A DNA stretch of 64,000 nucleotides from Balanoglossus misakiensis (GCA_040954595.2 CM082584.2:12871166-12935165), one strand, 5' to 3'; positions 24,798 through 39,000 are shown, counted from the stretch's first letter. Notes: generated from the letters alone by a model not told the origin. Numbers and translations are program-made.

Positions 24798-27040
24798 CAT
24801 TTGTCTTCCTGTAATGGTGGCAGTAACATGGTGCTTAGTCATCAAGAAATCTTGACATCTTGGAAGGGGGGTCAGTAGTACCAGGATGTCTGACCCCATA
24901 AGGGGTCGGTCATTGTATGACCTGATGTGAGGTCACTCAGGTACCAGGATGTACGACCTTACAAGGGTCAGTACATGCACTGTTGCATAATGCAACCATA
25001 ATTTTACAAATCCACGACCAAAAAATGATAAAATATTGATTAATGTAGATGCTAATTTGGAAAAGACAACGAAAAAAGCCTAGTGATCAGTTGAAAATGT
25101 AAATGTAAGATTATATTACTGCTGGTTGCTTGTGTACATTCTTTGACTGCCAAACTTTTGTCCTTTCTGCGCATTTCATCTTTGTGTCAGTTTATTCCAT
25201 GTCAGCAAGCGTCCATGTTCTAACAGTAGATGGACTCTATGCAATGTACAGGAACACACAAGACTCAGTGTATCACATGGCATCTGTCGTCTGTACGACT
25301 GAATTTTTTTGTTCTCATTCTTCTATTGAGAAATCCTTGACTTAGTTGTTCAACATTTGGCATTACTGTAGATGTAAAGTTTTTATATGAAGATAATGTC
25401 ACTTGCTTTGTTTTATTTTGAGATGTGGTAATTCTGCTGGCATTTTGTGATGATTTTATTTCCTGTTCAGAGACATTATATAGACATGCCTAAACAGATC
25501 ATGTAGGTAACGGTACACTGACCTTATGCCAAGCTTAAATGAGATCTGTTTAGGCATACCTCGGTACATGTACAAAGTTGAACCCTGTCAACTTCATATG
25601 ATGAAGTTGCAGAAAAAAAATATCATGCTTCCGACTTGTCTTTGTTTAGTTGTTTTGTATGGTTTATGTTGTATTAAATATCGCTTCCAAGTGGTGTAGC
25701 CATCCAGGATGTTATTACTGTCACCATCCGATTTGTGACGTGCTGTCAGCACCAGATGTTTGAGTCGTCTTTTTTCGCTGATGTTTATACAACTTTGTGT
25801 TCTCATTTCTTGTCATTTTTTGAGGCTCAGCAACAGTAGAGTGTTTTACCACTACTTGTTTAGTTATAATAATAAATTATATTTCCCAAAAAATGTTATG
25901 TGTATTGCTTGTGTTTACCTATCTTGCATGGAATATCAGATTGCTTTGACCCCTACTCTTCAGTTTCGTGTGTATTGGCGACTTCACATGAAATCAGTAT
26001 CGGGGAAACGGAGTTGATAGAATCAAGCAAAACCCCCGCAGAGGGCGGTATACTACGAGATAAAGCATAATTCACTCACTCCTACCAATGCTGAAAGAAC
26101 GAATTTTTCGGAGATGGGAGCAAGTCTAAGCTGTATGACAATACAAAACCAGCAGCACTTGTTAAAAATTGTTGGTAGAGAACTTTGTACGCCAAGGAAA
26201 GGACCTAAACGCTTCATTTGAATCAGTCTAAACACATTCTGAACAAAAGTGGTTTGAAAAAAATCTACCATCAACTTGTTGATGAGAAATAAGGATTATG
26301 CGCGACTTCAGGAGAAATCTGCGTTTCAGCTGGAGTCTCAATCTTTCCGACCCGCCAGGATATCTCACAGCCCACTTTCTCTCGCCGAAACGTTATACAC
26401 AGTTATAAAGAACACTGAGTAAAGAACATAGCAGAAACACGTGCAAGTGCACACATTACAGAGGAATGGTTGAATAACAAAAGGGTATGGGTGTGTCATC
26501 AGCAGGCACCGCCTAAATAAAGAAGATTATTATCAATTTCATCACAGGTAGAGGTGACTATACACATGATACACTTTCGTTGGCATGTTGCCATGCTAAG
26601 ACCCATTGTATAATTGTTGAACAGCGAAGGGCCGCGGGTAAATGGACCTCGAAATTGCAAACACTGAGAATAAACAAGATTATTGATTACTGTAATAGCA
26701 TTAGCTATCTGACTGACGTCATTCGAGTGGTCTGACGGGCATAATACGAATCAAGTGGATATGGCAATATTTGGTGAGGACATAAGACGACATTATACGT
26801 AACTCATCTGTTCAAGGATGGGTCCACCGAGTGTCTCTACACGTGGTTTGAGTATTTGGTAAACACACCAATTTCGAGTGACATTTCCACTCGTTCAAAT
26901 CGTGTCGTCCAATAACATGGCGTGACGTGCAGAGCACGGACACAAGAAACCGTGCCTCTTGGACTGTTAAAAGGAAACGTAGACGAAAAACGATATATGT
27001 ACAACTGAATTCTGTAATCTATAGAAATGCGCGTCAAGTA

Positions 27041-27089
27041 GACGATGATGATGATGATGATGATGACGACGACGACGATCGATAATGAC

Positions 27090-27122
<33 letters not shown>

Positions 27123-27140
27123 CATCATCATCATCATCAT
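27041..27140. repeat. (GAT/GAC)n microsatellite that inverts into (CAT)n
   Basis: gatgatgatgatgatcatcatcatcatcat is directly visible, with the centre of symmetry at gatc near 27120-27123. Confidence 0.9.
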
Positions 27141-28047
27141 ATCAACAACTTGACTGTTTTTGTGACAATTGTTTGCTTGCCAGTCAATTCACATTAACGA
27201 TATACCGCAAAAGAATTCCCAAGCCCACGGTCAATCGCTATTATAATTGGGATAAAATTGACAAATGGTTGTATTTGTCAAAACATTTTTTTCTTTTTGT
27301 TAAGTGCATATATAGCTGGTCTATTTTGACGCAGAACTCAAGCATTCCCGTCTCGAAGTATACAAGCGCACGACAATCGATGGGTGTGAGAGGTCGCGAA
27401 ACCCTGCATACTTTCCATCTTTTCATCACATGACCCGAACAACCTGTCTATTTGCACCTGCTGCTGTTTAACTCTACAAAGATATGCAATTGGGTCGGAC
27501 AGGCGTTAAAAAGCACGTTTCCATTAGCTATAAAGGCAGTTGTGAATAATTTACGTGTTCGGCGATTGTTCTTGGTCACGGTGCGTGAGCAGGGTAGATG
27601 AATTGTCAGTCGTCTTCCAGACGCGGTCTCCCGGCGGAAGACGGCTCGCTTGTTTGGGGTGTGTACATATTTTGCCAAGGTAAATCTGTTTGCAGCGATT
27701 ACGAGAAAAACGGCCGAATAATCCTGTTACCTGAACACAATTGACTTTGGGGTGGAATGCCTTTCATCACCTGCGGATTTACATCACAAAAAGCAACCCT
27801 CTTGTGGCGTTTGTTTCGAAACTATTAGAATAATTGATCTCTCCGGATTGGCAACGAATCCCGTTATAATAACAACAACAGCATCGGTGTCTGTTGTGTG
27901 GCACACTTCACTTAAAGGAAATCAGTCTGACGACATCTCAGAGAAGTGATTCAGACGCCACGGCAGAGAATTCTTAATTTTTAATAGTTCAGTTCAGAAA
28001 TATTTCGGCCGTAACACGATTTCCGGTATTCTTGTATTAATACCATC

Positions 28048-28674
28048 ATGATGAAAGCGATGTTAGCAGCTGCCGCTAGAAGTGAGCAAAATATTCCACA
28101 GCATCAACAGCAACCAGCGCCGATGGAGCGACAGAGGTCGGCTACCTCAATCATCTCAAAATTAAGTAATTCCTCTGCTGCGACAGCTGCTCTGGGAGCG
28201 GATCTCGAAAAAGCGGACAAACCGAAACAGCCTGTGGCATTATTCGGCAAGAGGCCGTCGATGTGGAACTCCGTACACAAACTACTCAAAGAGAAACCCG
28301 CAGCACCGCCGAAGAAATTCGAAAACACGTACAGAATGCAGCCGGAACGTGAACACGAATTCAAATCACACCAGGTCCGGGAGCTCACGGAAGAGATCCT
28401 GAAGATTCGACTCAATGATGAAAAGTACGACCAGAAGAGAGCCAACAACTTGGCTAGAAATCTGGCCGAAGTGATCAAGTCCAGAGTCAAGAAGCTGGAC
28501 ATGCCTCGACATAAGATCGTCGTGTTCTGTGTGATCGGGTCACGACAAGAGCAGTGCTTGCGACTGGGCAGTCGGTGTGTCTGGGATGAAAAGACCGACG
28601 ATTTCGCTTCGGCCTCATTCCAGAATGGGTCTATCTTCGCCGTTGCTACTGTTTATGGGATCTATTGTGAATAG
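28048..28674 (+). CDS. Tctex1 domain-containing dynein light chain (TCTEX1D/DYNLT5-like), intronless CDS, 208 aa
   Basis: FENTYRMQP...IKSRVKKLDMPRHKIVVFCVIGSRQEQCLRLGSRCVWDEKTDDFASASFQNGSIFAVATVYGIYCE is the Tctex-1 domain signature; the exact paralog cannot be resolved. Confidence 0.92.
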   Translation: MMKAMLAAAARSEQNIPQHQQQPAPMERQRSATSIISKLSNSSAATAALGADLEKADKPKQPVALFGKRPSMWNSVHKLLKEKPAAPPKKFENTYRMQPEREHEFKSHQVRELTEEILKIRLNDEKYDQKRANNLARNLAEVIKSRVKKLDMPRHKIVVFCVIGSRQEQCLRLGSRCVWDEKTDDFASASFQNGSIFAVATVYGIYCE

Positions 28675-31600
28675 ACCGCGTGAACTATATTTCAGGAATG
28701 GTTGACTCCAGATGGACTCGTCATGAGTCGGAATCGAATATATAACACACCTTTCGATCGCTTACTACATAATGGAGGTTGAGGAAGCAACTCAAAAATC
28801 CATCTTGCCATTGCTTAAACGCGAAGTAGACAAAGCCATGCCATTTTTCATCACCACGACTCGTCCACGATATATTTGATCTCATTCTTGCTACGACGAG
28901 TCTTATTTCTTCGATCCATTCATTCATTCATTCCCTCACGCCATGATTCACAGGTGGTGCGCACTCATCTTAGGAATTTGTGGAGTACTCTAAGAGAGGA
29001 TCGATCTTCTCTTTCCTAATGATCGGTGTATTTTGTTATTTTTGTTCTATACGCTCTCAGAAGCGGAGACAGTTTTTTTTTTTTAAAAGACGGGAAGGAA
29101 GTCATGAGGAGGACTAAATCCCTCAACAGTGGACGGGACGAAAATAAAAGCGGACGACGGCTGTTCTGGAGAGTATCCTACCATTATTCACCTTGTTAAG
29201 GTTGACTCCTAAGGGGCATTGTTTAATCCGGATTTTTGTATTGATCGGGCCATCGATTCCCGATGCGGACGGTAGAGCTTTAGTGGGAGAGAAACCGAAT
29301 TCCTTTGAAAACAGCGGCAAGGCCCAAAGACCAGGAAATCGAGCGTTAAAACATGTTGCCATATCTCATACGGCGGCCTACTCGGGGGCGTTTTAGCGCA
29401 GAATCCCTGAAAAAAAGACTAATTAATTGTAAACGATGGTATACATGTAGCAACCATCTTTCAAAGGGCAGACGAATCCCTCGAGACATCAGAAAACAAG
29501 TCTTAGAACAATCAGCTAATGCAAATGTGTATACCGTTACTCATTTGTTGCTATGACGACCGTATAAACACAGAACTTGTACCATTCATGTTACACTTTT
29601 CTACCATAACCATAATCATACCGCGTGTGTCCAGTCATTTTATGTGAATATTGCATAATTTTTCTGACTCGGAGTATCATGTTAATTTATAAAAGTCAGA
29701 ATTAATAGGGTTTAGGTTATTTTTATATCTCCGTGTATTCTCTATGCAACTATTTTCAATACAGGCGATTCTTAGCTCTAGAGGAAGTTGAACTATCGGC
29801 AATGGTCATTCCTTCACCTTGCGTCTACTGGAAGATCTTTAAATATATTTGTTCGATAATCATTCTTATTTGTAAACAATTCAATCAACTGATACCGTAG
29901 AAATATTAAAATTTATGTTCATATTGTACAATCATAGCTTTGGTGTACATGTACTAAGTCTGTCATATGTGATGTAAGTGTAGCACATTGTCTTGATCGT
30001 TTGTTTGTTTGTTTGATTGTTGTCCTCGTTTGTTGTTTTGTTTCGCCGACCACCTGTAGATACGTAGATATGGGCAGTGCACAGCGCCCTCTAGAAACGA
30101 ATGCGCTGTTCTCGCCGGCAACGCCGCTACCAAGGCAACGCGTTATGGAATGATGGAATATTTACAACACGTTCGATTATCATGAATCAAAAAACATAAA
30201 TGCATCGCTGTTCTTCCGAAGTGAAAAGTTAACCCCAAAAATGTTTGTATTTATTTTTTTGGATGATACCTGAGGTGATGTTGTCTTCCGAGATCTTCAC
30301 ATGGGTGAGTTGAGAAATGAGTAGTGACGATTCTAAAGATTTGTGAGTATATTTCTCCGTGTTGAGTCCCCTCCGGACCGGGAGATGACAATCACATCAC
30401 ACATACGTACTCAGCAAAAAAAAGACATTCGAAACATTCAACTTTTCTTACGAACTTCTGTGGGCAGGGGGTGTCCAACAGAAAAAAAAACACCCAAGCA
30501 GAATATGCATCTCTCGCAATCTCACTGTGCACTACTTGCTGGGCCGAAAGCCCAGCGGTGGGGGCTATTTCCCACAGATCAGTTTAGATTATTTCTCGAT
30601 ATTACAGTATCGTCTGATGTGTGATATCGGTTACGTAGTCAAATGGTCTGATATGGAGTCGCAGTGCCCCATATATTTGCATATAAGCTGTTTCCGTGAG
30701 GATGTTCCGTCGCGAATTGATCAGATAAAAATACAGGAATTAGATTAGCCACTATCTTCCTTCTTCTACTGTTCCAGGCACGAGATTACCTAGTGCGGTC
30801 CAAGTTTTAGTTGGAACATCATCACACAGTCAAATAGAAAAACCAAATCCGCCACGCATGTACAATAAGAAAATTGTGTAATTTTTCCTAATCTTTATCA
30901 ATGACTTTAAACCAAAAAAAGAGAAAAAACAGGGTGTTCACATCCCAGTTAGGGGGTCTAAAATATTGTGCAAAATGCTGGGTGGGCACTTTTGAGCGCA
31001 CGCCATTAGTTTGCCAAAAGTGAAAATATCTGAAATTGATCATTTTGACGAGGAATTTGATCTTAACATCTCCACCGCTGCTCCGTCACCTTCTGAAACC
31101 CCTCTAAAGGTAATTTTGCTAATCAGAACAGACAAGTTAGCTGCGCCAAGGTCAATTTATAAAATTTGTGACTTTCGGACAAGGATGACAGCGGGAACGA
31201 ACGGCTGTGTATTTCTTGAGAAATGGGAACGGGGAACCCCAGTGTATAGTTTCAGAGTTAGTCGACTTTATTACGAGTGCAGCCGGCCCAGGGCGTCGGC
31301 CTGAGAACTATGAGTATGACCCGCGTCACGGTGAAGGACTGTGAAGGGGACAGCTGAACTCTCTCACATCCCTTTTATACCAGCCAAAGAAGAACACAGC
31401 CATTGGGTAAGGGTACCTGGTCGTTTGCAATGTAACCTCCGCACTTCTTGGGTGTAGATAACACCCCACCCCCATCTCGGTCTTGACCAAATTCGTTCAT
31501 TATCTGTCGGGTAATCAATATGCAGACTCACGAGGGAACTTATACAAGTGACCTTGGTTGACATAACATGACACAACTGATCCGAGATTGAATCACCTGT

Positions 31601-31743
31601 TGTAATCCTTTGTTTTTTTTCTTTGCGCAATATAAGGCACGTGTCATAAGCCAGCACTGGGCCAGTCTGCAAGTAACTCTGCTATTACGCACACTGACTA
31701 AAAAGTCATCGTATTTCTTTGCCAATAGGAAAGTGCATCAAAG

Positions 31744-32296
31744 ATGTTGGTCTTTCCTAGCAACAACGCCGCAGAACTTCTGAATATGGCCGGCCTGGCA
31801 ATCATACTGGCTGCTTGGGCTTTGTTTTTCCTCTGTCTTTTTGGACTCATTGATGAAGATATTTTCACGGACGCCTGGCAAATCAGGTAAGTTTTCTTTA
31901 TCTGAAAGGATGTACGCGTACTATGAGCGTGTGGAATTTTTTCTCTTGCCACAAGATTACAAGAATTGCTAGAAATTCACGAAAAGCTTTTGTTCATAGA
32001 AGCAGATTTTTCCATTATTGGCTAAATTCACGGCTTTATAATTCATGAGCTTTTAAAAAATCCACAATTAAAAGAAATGACAATTCTTACAATTTTACTG
32101 ATCGTACATCCCTTAAAAGATGCAAAACCATCACAAAAATTACTTGAAATAAGAACTATCAATATCAATACTTTTCAGGAAGATTATAGGCGCCCTTGAA
32201 GGGAGTCTCGGGGAAAAGGAACGACCAAATGTTACGAAGAAGGGCAGAAAACCTAAAAGGCGGCAGTCTTCTTCTAAAAGACAGGTAAATAGATAG
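31744..32296 (+). CDS. Putative small single-pass membrane protein (about 86 aa, at least two exons), absent from the ORF track
   Basis: Exon 31729-31886 (tttgccaatag| ... ATCAG|gtaagt) joins exon 32179 onward (cttttcag|) in phase 2, giving MLVFPSNNAAELLNMAGLAIILAAWALFFLCLFGLIDEDIFTDAWQIRKIIGALEGSLGEKERPNVTKKGRKPKRRQSSSKRQ(VNR*). Both termini are uncertain. Confidence 0.55.
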
Positions 32297-33039
32297 ATAG
32301 ATAGATACTGTAGATAGATTTTACGCACATGACCTTTTACGTTGGTGGCCATGTTGGATCATATCGCAAAACAAGTATGCATGTTAAACTTATGGTAGAT
32401 TGTTCTTGTATGTTGTGCCATAAACATATGGACACCATTTGTCTGAGGTTAACAGATGACAAAATCACAATGCACATTTTTATTTCTAAAATGATTTAAT
32501 TTAATAATATTCCATAATTATGTTTTCATAAGTCCACACTTTCATTAATCTTCCCACTTTTTGGATATTGGTCTTACTGGACTGAGAACATCACATAAAA
32601 ATTGGATTTAACTTTTCTGAGTAGTATTTCTTAACTGGTAGATTCTATTGAACACCCCATTTCTAGTATTTGTAAATGGTCTGATAGTTAATCCATAAAT
32701 ATACATATTCAAAATAATTGGATAAAATGTCCCTAACTCCAAAACTGTTTTTTAATTATTATTTTTTTTAAAATGACTGATTTTTTCAGTTTATTACACT
32801 TATTTTTTTAAAGTGTGATTGAATCCTTGTACAGAGAGGTGTTGTTTATAGGAAATACTTGACCAACTCTGACTCGGCATATTTATGACTTCTCAATGGT
32901 TCACAAGATTCTCGATTAGGGTCAAATACAACAACTGGTTTCTTTCACGATTTGCCTAAAAACATACTTACAAAACTGTAAAAGATTAACACAAAACTCG
33001 CTTTGAAATTCACATGTGTATCCTGGTGATAACGGCATT

Positions 33040-36000
33040 TTAAGATCCAAACTCAACAGTGTCGTCAGAAATTTCTTTGTATTCATACGCACCACGTCCA
33101 TCCATGTGCAAATAGTACTGTTGTAGAGAGGAATACAGAAAATGAGGATTAGTCTGATATGCTTCAGATAACAAAGAACGACTTTGAAGCTTTAATGGGC
33201 GGTGTGTGAGGGTGTGTGTGTATGTTACTCAATGCAAAAATACATGGATACGCTGACATTGTATGAAGACTGCTATCCAAGACGATCAGCATTTTCTTTA
33301 CCCTTTGCAAAAAACCCATCCCAATCTTTAATCATGTTCAAGGTCATAATTACAATAATAAAGTTCAAAGTTCAGCTAGAAACATCTCCAGCTTAGGGGG
33401 ACTGACTTTACCTCATGGTGTTTCCATAGTGATTTTCTGTGGGAGACAGTGAACAAAGTGATTCCTTGCTCCTTGCAGTAGCTGTACATGTAACCTTCAA
33501 CATCAACACTGACCGCGCTGGTGCATTCATCCAGGATGGCAAACTGGGGTTTGTGGTAGAATACACGGGCCATCTGAAATAGAAAACATTGTAATTTCAG
33601 AAATGTTTTAACCCTGTGCACCGTGACCCCCACATGAGCTGTGATGTCAAGAGTCCTTCTAGGTCAGGGTTCAAATGGTCAGTCACTGGCATGCAGGGAT
33701 GCACCTGTACAGAAATTACTCCCTGATAGGCGATGTTAGTTCTTGTTTGACTTACTGCTATTCGTTGTTTCTCTCCTCCACTGAGCACATCCATCCAGTC
33801 TTGTACAGCATCCCATCCACCTTCCCTTTCCAACAGATAAGCCAGTTGAACCTACAGAGCATTCATTGAAATTAAGATCTTGATGTGGGAAATGTTTCTT
33901 TGTTGCCGGGAATAAAACCCAAGACGTTAGTGTTATCATATACCAATAGATACAAAGACATGCGTAACTATATGAATTTTAAGTGTCATCCCAGTTGCAG
34001 TCCTATGAATGCAGCAAAACTTTCCTCCAAAAGTTTTACAAAATTTCTCATTAATGAAAAAACTCTAGCCTGTAATTGCATGGGCTTTTGATGTTAATAT
34101 TGACACAGCAAAAACCATAGACGTTTTCTGTCTCTGAGCAAGGAAAATACTGGACCAACAACAACAACAACAAAACTTACTTTATCCAGATATTCCAGAA
34201 GATCTTCATCTGTGATACCCTTCCGTATCATTTCAACTTTTACGTCTGGATAGATGATTTGATCCCGAAAAGTTCCCAGGGTCATGTATGGTCTCTGTAT
34301 AAAAACAAAAGAATCGTTACGCATTGAATTTGAAATGATCTGCAATAAATTAATACTTTCGGTTAGGAAGAACTTGTTTTTGGAAACTTGGGATGCACAA
34401 ATCGACCAAGTATCATTTTAGAGTCTAAGATGCGATTATCTAAAATTTGAATTCATTGATTTAATATGTATGTACATCCGGATAAGTGCAACGCCCTTTT
34501 TTGGCCATTGTTCATTATGAAGAGGATAGATAACACAAGATTGGGCAGAGACGGAAAACAAGATTACGATTCAAGTTTCTGAAAACTACGTTAGCCACTT
34601 TACATGTTAGAAATTGCATGGAGAATTCACGCGTAAAGATAGCTTTGAGTAGTTCAGCCTTGAGAAAAATCAGCCAATCTGACAATCACTACCATTTAAA
34701 AGATTAGATTTTGATCACCCCATTTCATATAATATGCAATCCTGTTAAGCCATGACAATCTTGTTTTCAGTCTGTGCTCAATCTTTTGTTATCTGTCTTC
34801 CTTTTCAACAGAACGATAGCAAAAAAGTGGGATGCAATCATAAATTTGACGCAAAAACCATATACAACTGCAGGGGCTTGTTTGGCAAAGTGACCACATG
34901 CGATTGGAAGTGTCAGGTTCCCACAGTAATCAGTCTCATTCTCTGTAGTCACTGCACCCTGATGACTTCAGATCTATACTGACACACTGGCAATGCACAC
35001 TGACAAATTCAAAAACCCATCAGAATCTTCTCACAACTGGCAATGCAGGGCAACTTTTGAAACAAACACTGGAACTCACCTGCGGTATATAAAATAGTTT
35101 TCCCTTCTCAGGCTTTGTCATCTTGCCACCAAATAAAGGCCACAACTGAAAGTTAAAAAAAAAGATGATTAAACCAAAGGAAATTTGAACGTAAAAATCA
35201 CAAATAAAGAATGGGTGTCACCATGCAAAATTGGAATGACAAAGCAAAATTGTCTCAAGTGGCCACTAATCTCTGTGTTAAAGAAAACAATTTAAATTAA
35301 TGATTTTAATAAAGATTGGAAGCGCCTTTTCAGATCATCTTCAGGGGGCTGGTCAGTTTGTATCTAAAAGAGCATGTGACCCTTCCACATCACATGATGG
35401 TCATGAGACCATCATTTAACAATAGAATGAATATTTGTCAGAGAACAAGGGGGGTTGATCCCTTCGTGCAAAATTGTTGTGAGATAATCCTGCAGTCCAG
35501 GGGTGGCACTTCACACAACTCATTATCAGGGCGCTGGTTAGATTGTATCTTTCTTCACTTGAAGATTAAAAGGGCATGTGAACCCAGTAATCAAACCACT
35601 GTATCAGGATGCAAACAAAAATGTAATCACACTTATTATGAAAGCAGATGAACACTTTGATCCTGAAGTCTGTCTCTGCAGACATCTGCTGATGGATGAT
35701 TCAAATATAGCCAATCACAGATTTTCATTGGGTGCCACCACATGATCATTCAAACACCTACTCACGCTTATTTGACCATATATAGGCATATGTAAATTAG
35801 AAGTGACTGTATACCTTTTAAGGACCCCAGAAAACAGGATATCAAGATGGCAACAGATGGGGGAGGAGAAGGAGGGGGAAGGATGAAAGGGTTCATATCA
35901 CTTACCTCACCAAGTGTTCTGAATAAAGAGCTTTTGCCACATCCATTTGGACCACACACTAAGACATTTTTGCCTGATTCCACTTCAAACGACATGTCCT

Positions 36001-39000
36001 TTATCAAGACATCCCCATTTGGTGTTACCAAGGGAACATTTTCAAATCTGGCGTTAAAACAAATTAAAATAATGGGTTTGTGTTACAAATTACTGCAAAG
36101 ATCTTCAGTCTCCACTAAAAAGATCATTGTCTCTTTTAAATACAGATGGTATGTACTTCAGAAAAAAAATTCTGGAAATTTTTTAACTGACATTTAAATT
36201 GTAGAAACCTCTTTCACAGAAAGTATATTGGTCAGCATTCTGCTGTGGGCTGGATTATTAAGGTAGACTGGACCTCAAAAAGCTCAGTCTTAAAGTACGG
36301 GTCATCCTTTAAGACAGATTTTTGAGGTGTAGTCTACCTTGTCTGTATCTGTGGTGTCTACTTCCTTAACTTAAATGCTAACATACTTGATTAAATGATC
36401 TTTGAGTATGACAACACCACTGCCAGGCACTAAGGGTTGCCTGTTGTCTTCACTGTCTGAATCTACAAGAAATCAAACCATCAATTAATTAATGTAGTGG
36501 CAGATGTTGAAGCAGGCAGTTACTCGGGACAAGAATCTACATGTGCCTACCTTTGTTGTTTGAAGTTATGCTTGTATTCACCATTGTGCGTTCGTAATGT
36601 CCTCTGTTCAGATCGTCCAACACAGTCATCAGCTCTGTCACTCTGGCCGTAAAACTAACAGAAGGAAACAGGGAATAAATAATGACATCAAACTTACAGT
36701 TCTATGACTCTGGTTGTAAATCTGAGCAACAGGGCAGTAAAGGTCAGTGTAAAATCTACAGACGTGAGGAAAACAGTTGTGTCAAAGTGATCCAGGCACT
36801 CACCCAGCCAATCTTGTCATTTCTCTGCCTGCCAACACAATTCGACCAATAGCCTGTGCCATCCGCACCAGCATACGACCTGACTTGTAATAATCCTATA
36901 AACAAAAATATCCTCTTGTATTATTCATTTACATGAATTAACAAGTGTAACAAGGTCTTGCCAATTTCTATTTTATTTTTAAATACACACAGCGTATTTC
37001 TCACCTCAAGAAGTTCATTATGTGTGCTGTTTTCATGTCTTGGATTTGTAAGATCTAAGAATGGACGACTGACAACAAAATAGCCAACCACAGTTGCTAT
37101 GTCTGAAAAGAGAAAAAAGGAGATTCAAGTTTGCATCATGATAAACATGTATCAGTAATTATTTCACCAACCTAGCAAAGAAACATATTTTTTTAAATAA
37201 CAAATTTGACACCATGTTCTATTGACTTTGATACTGATAAAAATATCATTTGACTGTATTAAAACAAAGCAAACATGATCACATAAGATATGGTATGACT
37301 GACTACCATATTGAATTTAAAATTGTCCCTAAAGAGGGCGCTCTTCTCTTCATGAACAAATGTGGAACCAACATAATTGGTTGCATACTTACATTTAGCT
37401 ACAATGTTATCAACAAAACCCATGTTGAATCTAAAGGTAACAAAATCAGTCAGATGGTTCATCAGCTTCTGGAATGTCTTGTTTATCGTCCTCTTCTCTT
37501 TCTCGCCACCTTGATAGAATGCTACTTCTTCACTATTCGTGATAAGACGAGAATTCACGTATCGAAACTCGCCTTCGTATCTCTGTTCAACAACTGTCAT
37601 CTTGCCAATGGGGCGTCTCAATCTGTGATTCGGGGAAATAAAAATATCTCAGCTTAATGCAGATTGCTATGGTCATGCGCAGACAAGCATTGGCTATGCC
37701 ATGTCACAAACACTTCACCTTTCCTTTAACCATACTGTCCATTTCCACACCACAAAGATGGTATACAGCGCCCTCTTCAGGCAACAATTGTAATTCTCTG
37801 TGGTGTTCCAAATATGCTTTTTTGTCATTTGAACCATGTTCAAAGCCAATTGTGCAAACACATAGGTCCTGATCTCATTTTAACGTATTATTATAGACCC
37901 ACCTGGTTAATATTAATCCTGAGAAGGCAAGGTAACCCATCATAGAGGCAGGTCCTTGTACCCCTATAGCATTGGTCAGTTCCCGGATGTAAATGATGAT
38001 GTCCAGTAAAGGCTGCAATGGAAAGACTTTTGTTATCAAAATGATTCTCAGAATTCAATGATGCCTGTCATCAATGTCACGTTTCAAATTGAAAGTGATA
38101 CAATTATCAGCATTGCTTACCTTACTAAGATTTGAGTAAAGATCTACCGTACTGTTGCAAAACTTCTCTGCATCTTGAGTCAATAGTTGATCAGCGTTTG
38201 ATATTCTATTGTCGAGGTTACTCATCTTGTAGTATGTGTTACCTCTGAAAACAAAATGTGCAGGACTTTTTATGAGTAACCAAACAAAATGAGAAAAATT
38301 CAGGGTTGCACTCAAAAATAACACACCATGTTCCAGCTGAAGCTCATAAAATATTGGAAAAATTCGTTCTTGTCTCGTCTTACCTGAGATATTTTTCATA
38401 GAAGTGGTTGGTCAACCTCTCGCGGAACCGAAGCTTCAACATATTCATCCCATACTGTGAAAGAGACAATAAACCATGGCTTTAGAGGTCCAATCTTACC
38501 ATAGAAAACAATGGGTTTGGATTGAACCATGGTGGTGAAAGGGTTAAGCATTCCCCAGGACATTCAGTTTGTCCCAGGGAATACAAACCTGGAATCATGC
38601 CATTTGCTGAGTTTGACGTCATTTCACTGGCTATCCTAAATCAACTTACCTTTAATAAGTTGTTGATAATTGAAATCTGAAATCAAAAAGAGAATGAAAA
38701 TTTATTTATAATTATGTGACAAAAATGTGACCAGATCAAAGGTACATTAATTTTTCTAATTCAGAAAAAATACATGTTACATTTGGGAGTTAATTCTGAT
38801 TTCTTCATAAGGATCATGAGACTCACCCCAGGCATGGCATAAATAAATCTAAATAAATGATGTTTAAATAAATCCACGTTTCGTCCAATGATAGCACTCT
38901 CAATGGCTGTACCATTGGATATCATCCAGACATCGCAGTACGTTCTGGCTATCAGCATCACAGCTATGAGGATTATATAGCCGGTCTGAAAAGAAAAAAA

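Noticed and set aside
28104-28502. Antisense ORFs overlapping real exons (also 2094-2522, 41850-42071, 57825-58227)
   Set aside because: Shadow ORFs of coding sequence with no recognisable motifs.
30082-30095. CTCF-like cores (cagcgccctctag; similar near 17478, 37766, 40952)
   Set aside because: Partial matches only; cannot be distinguished from chance without a matrix scan or ChIP data.
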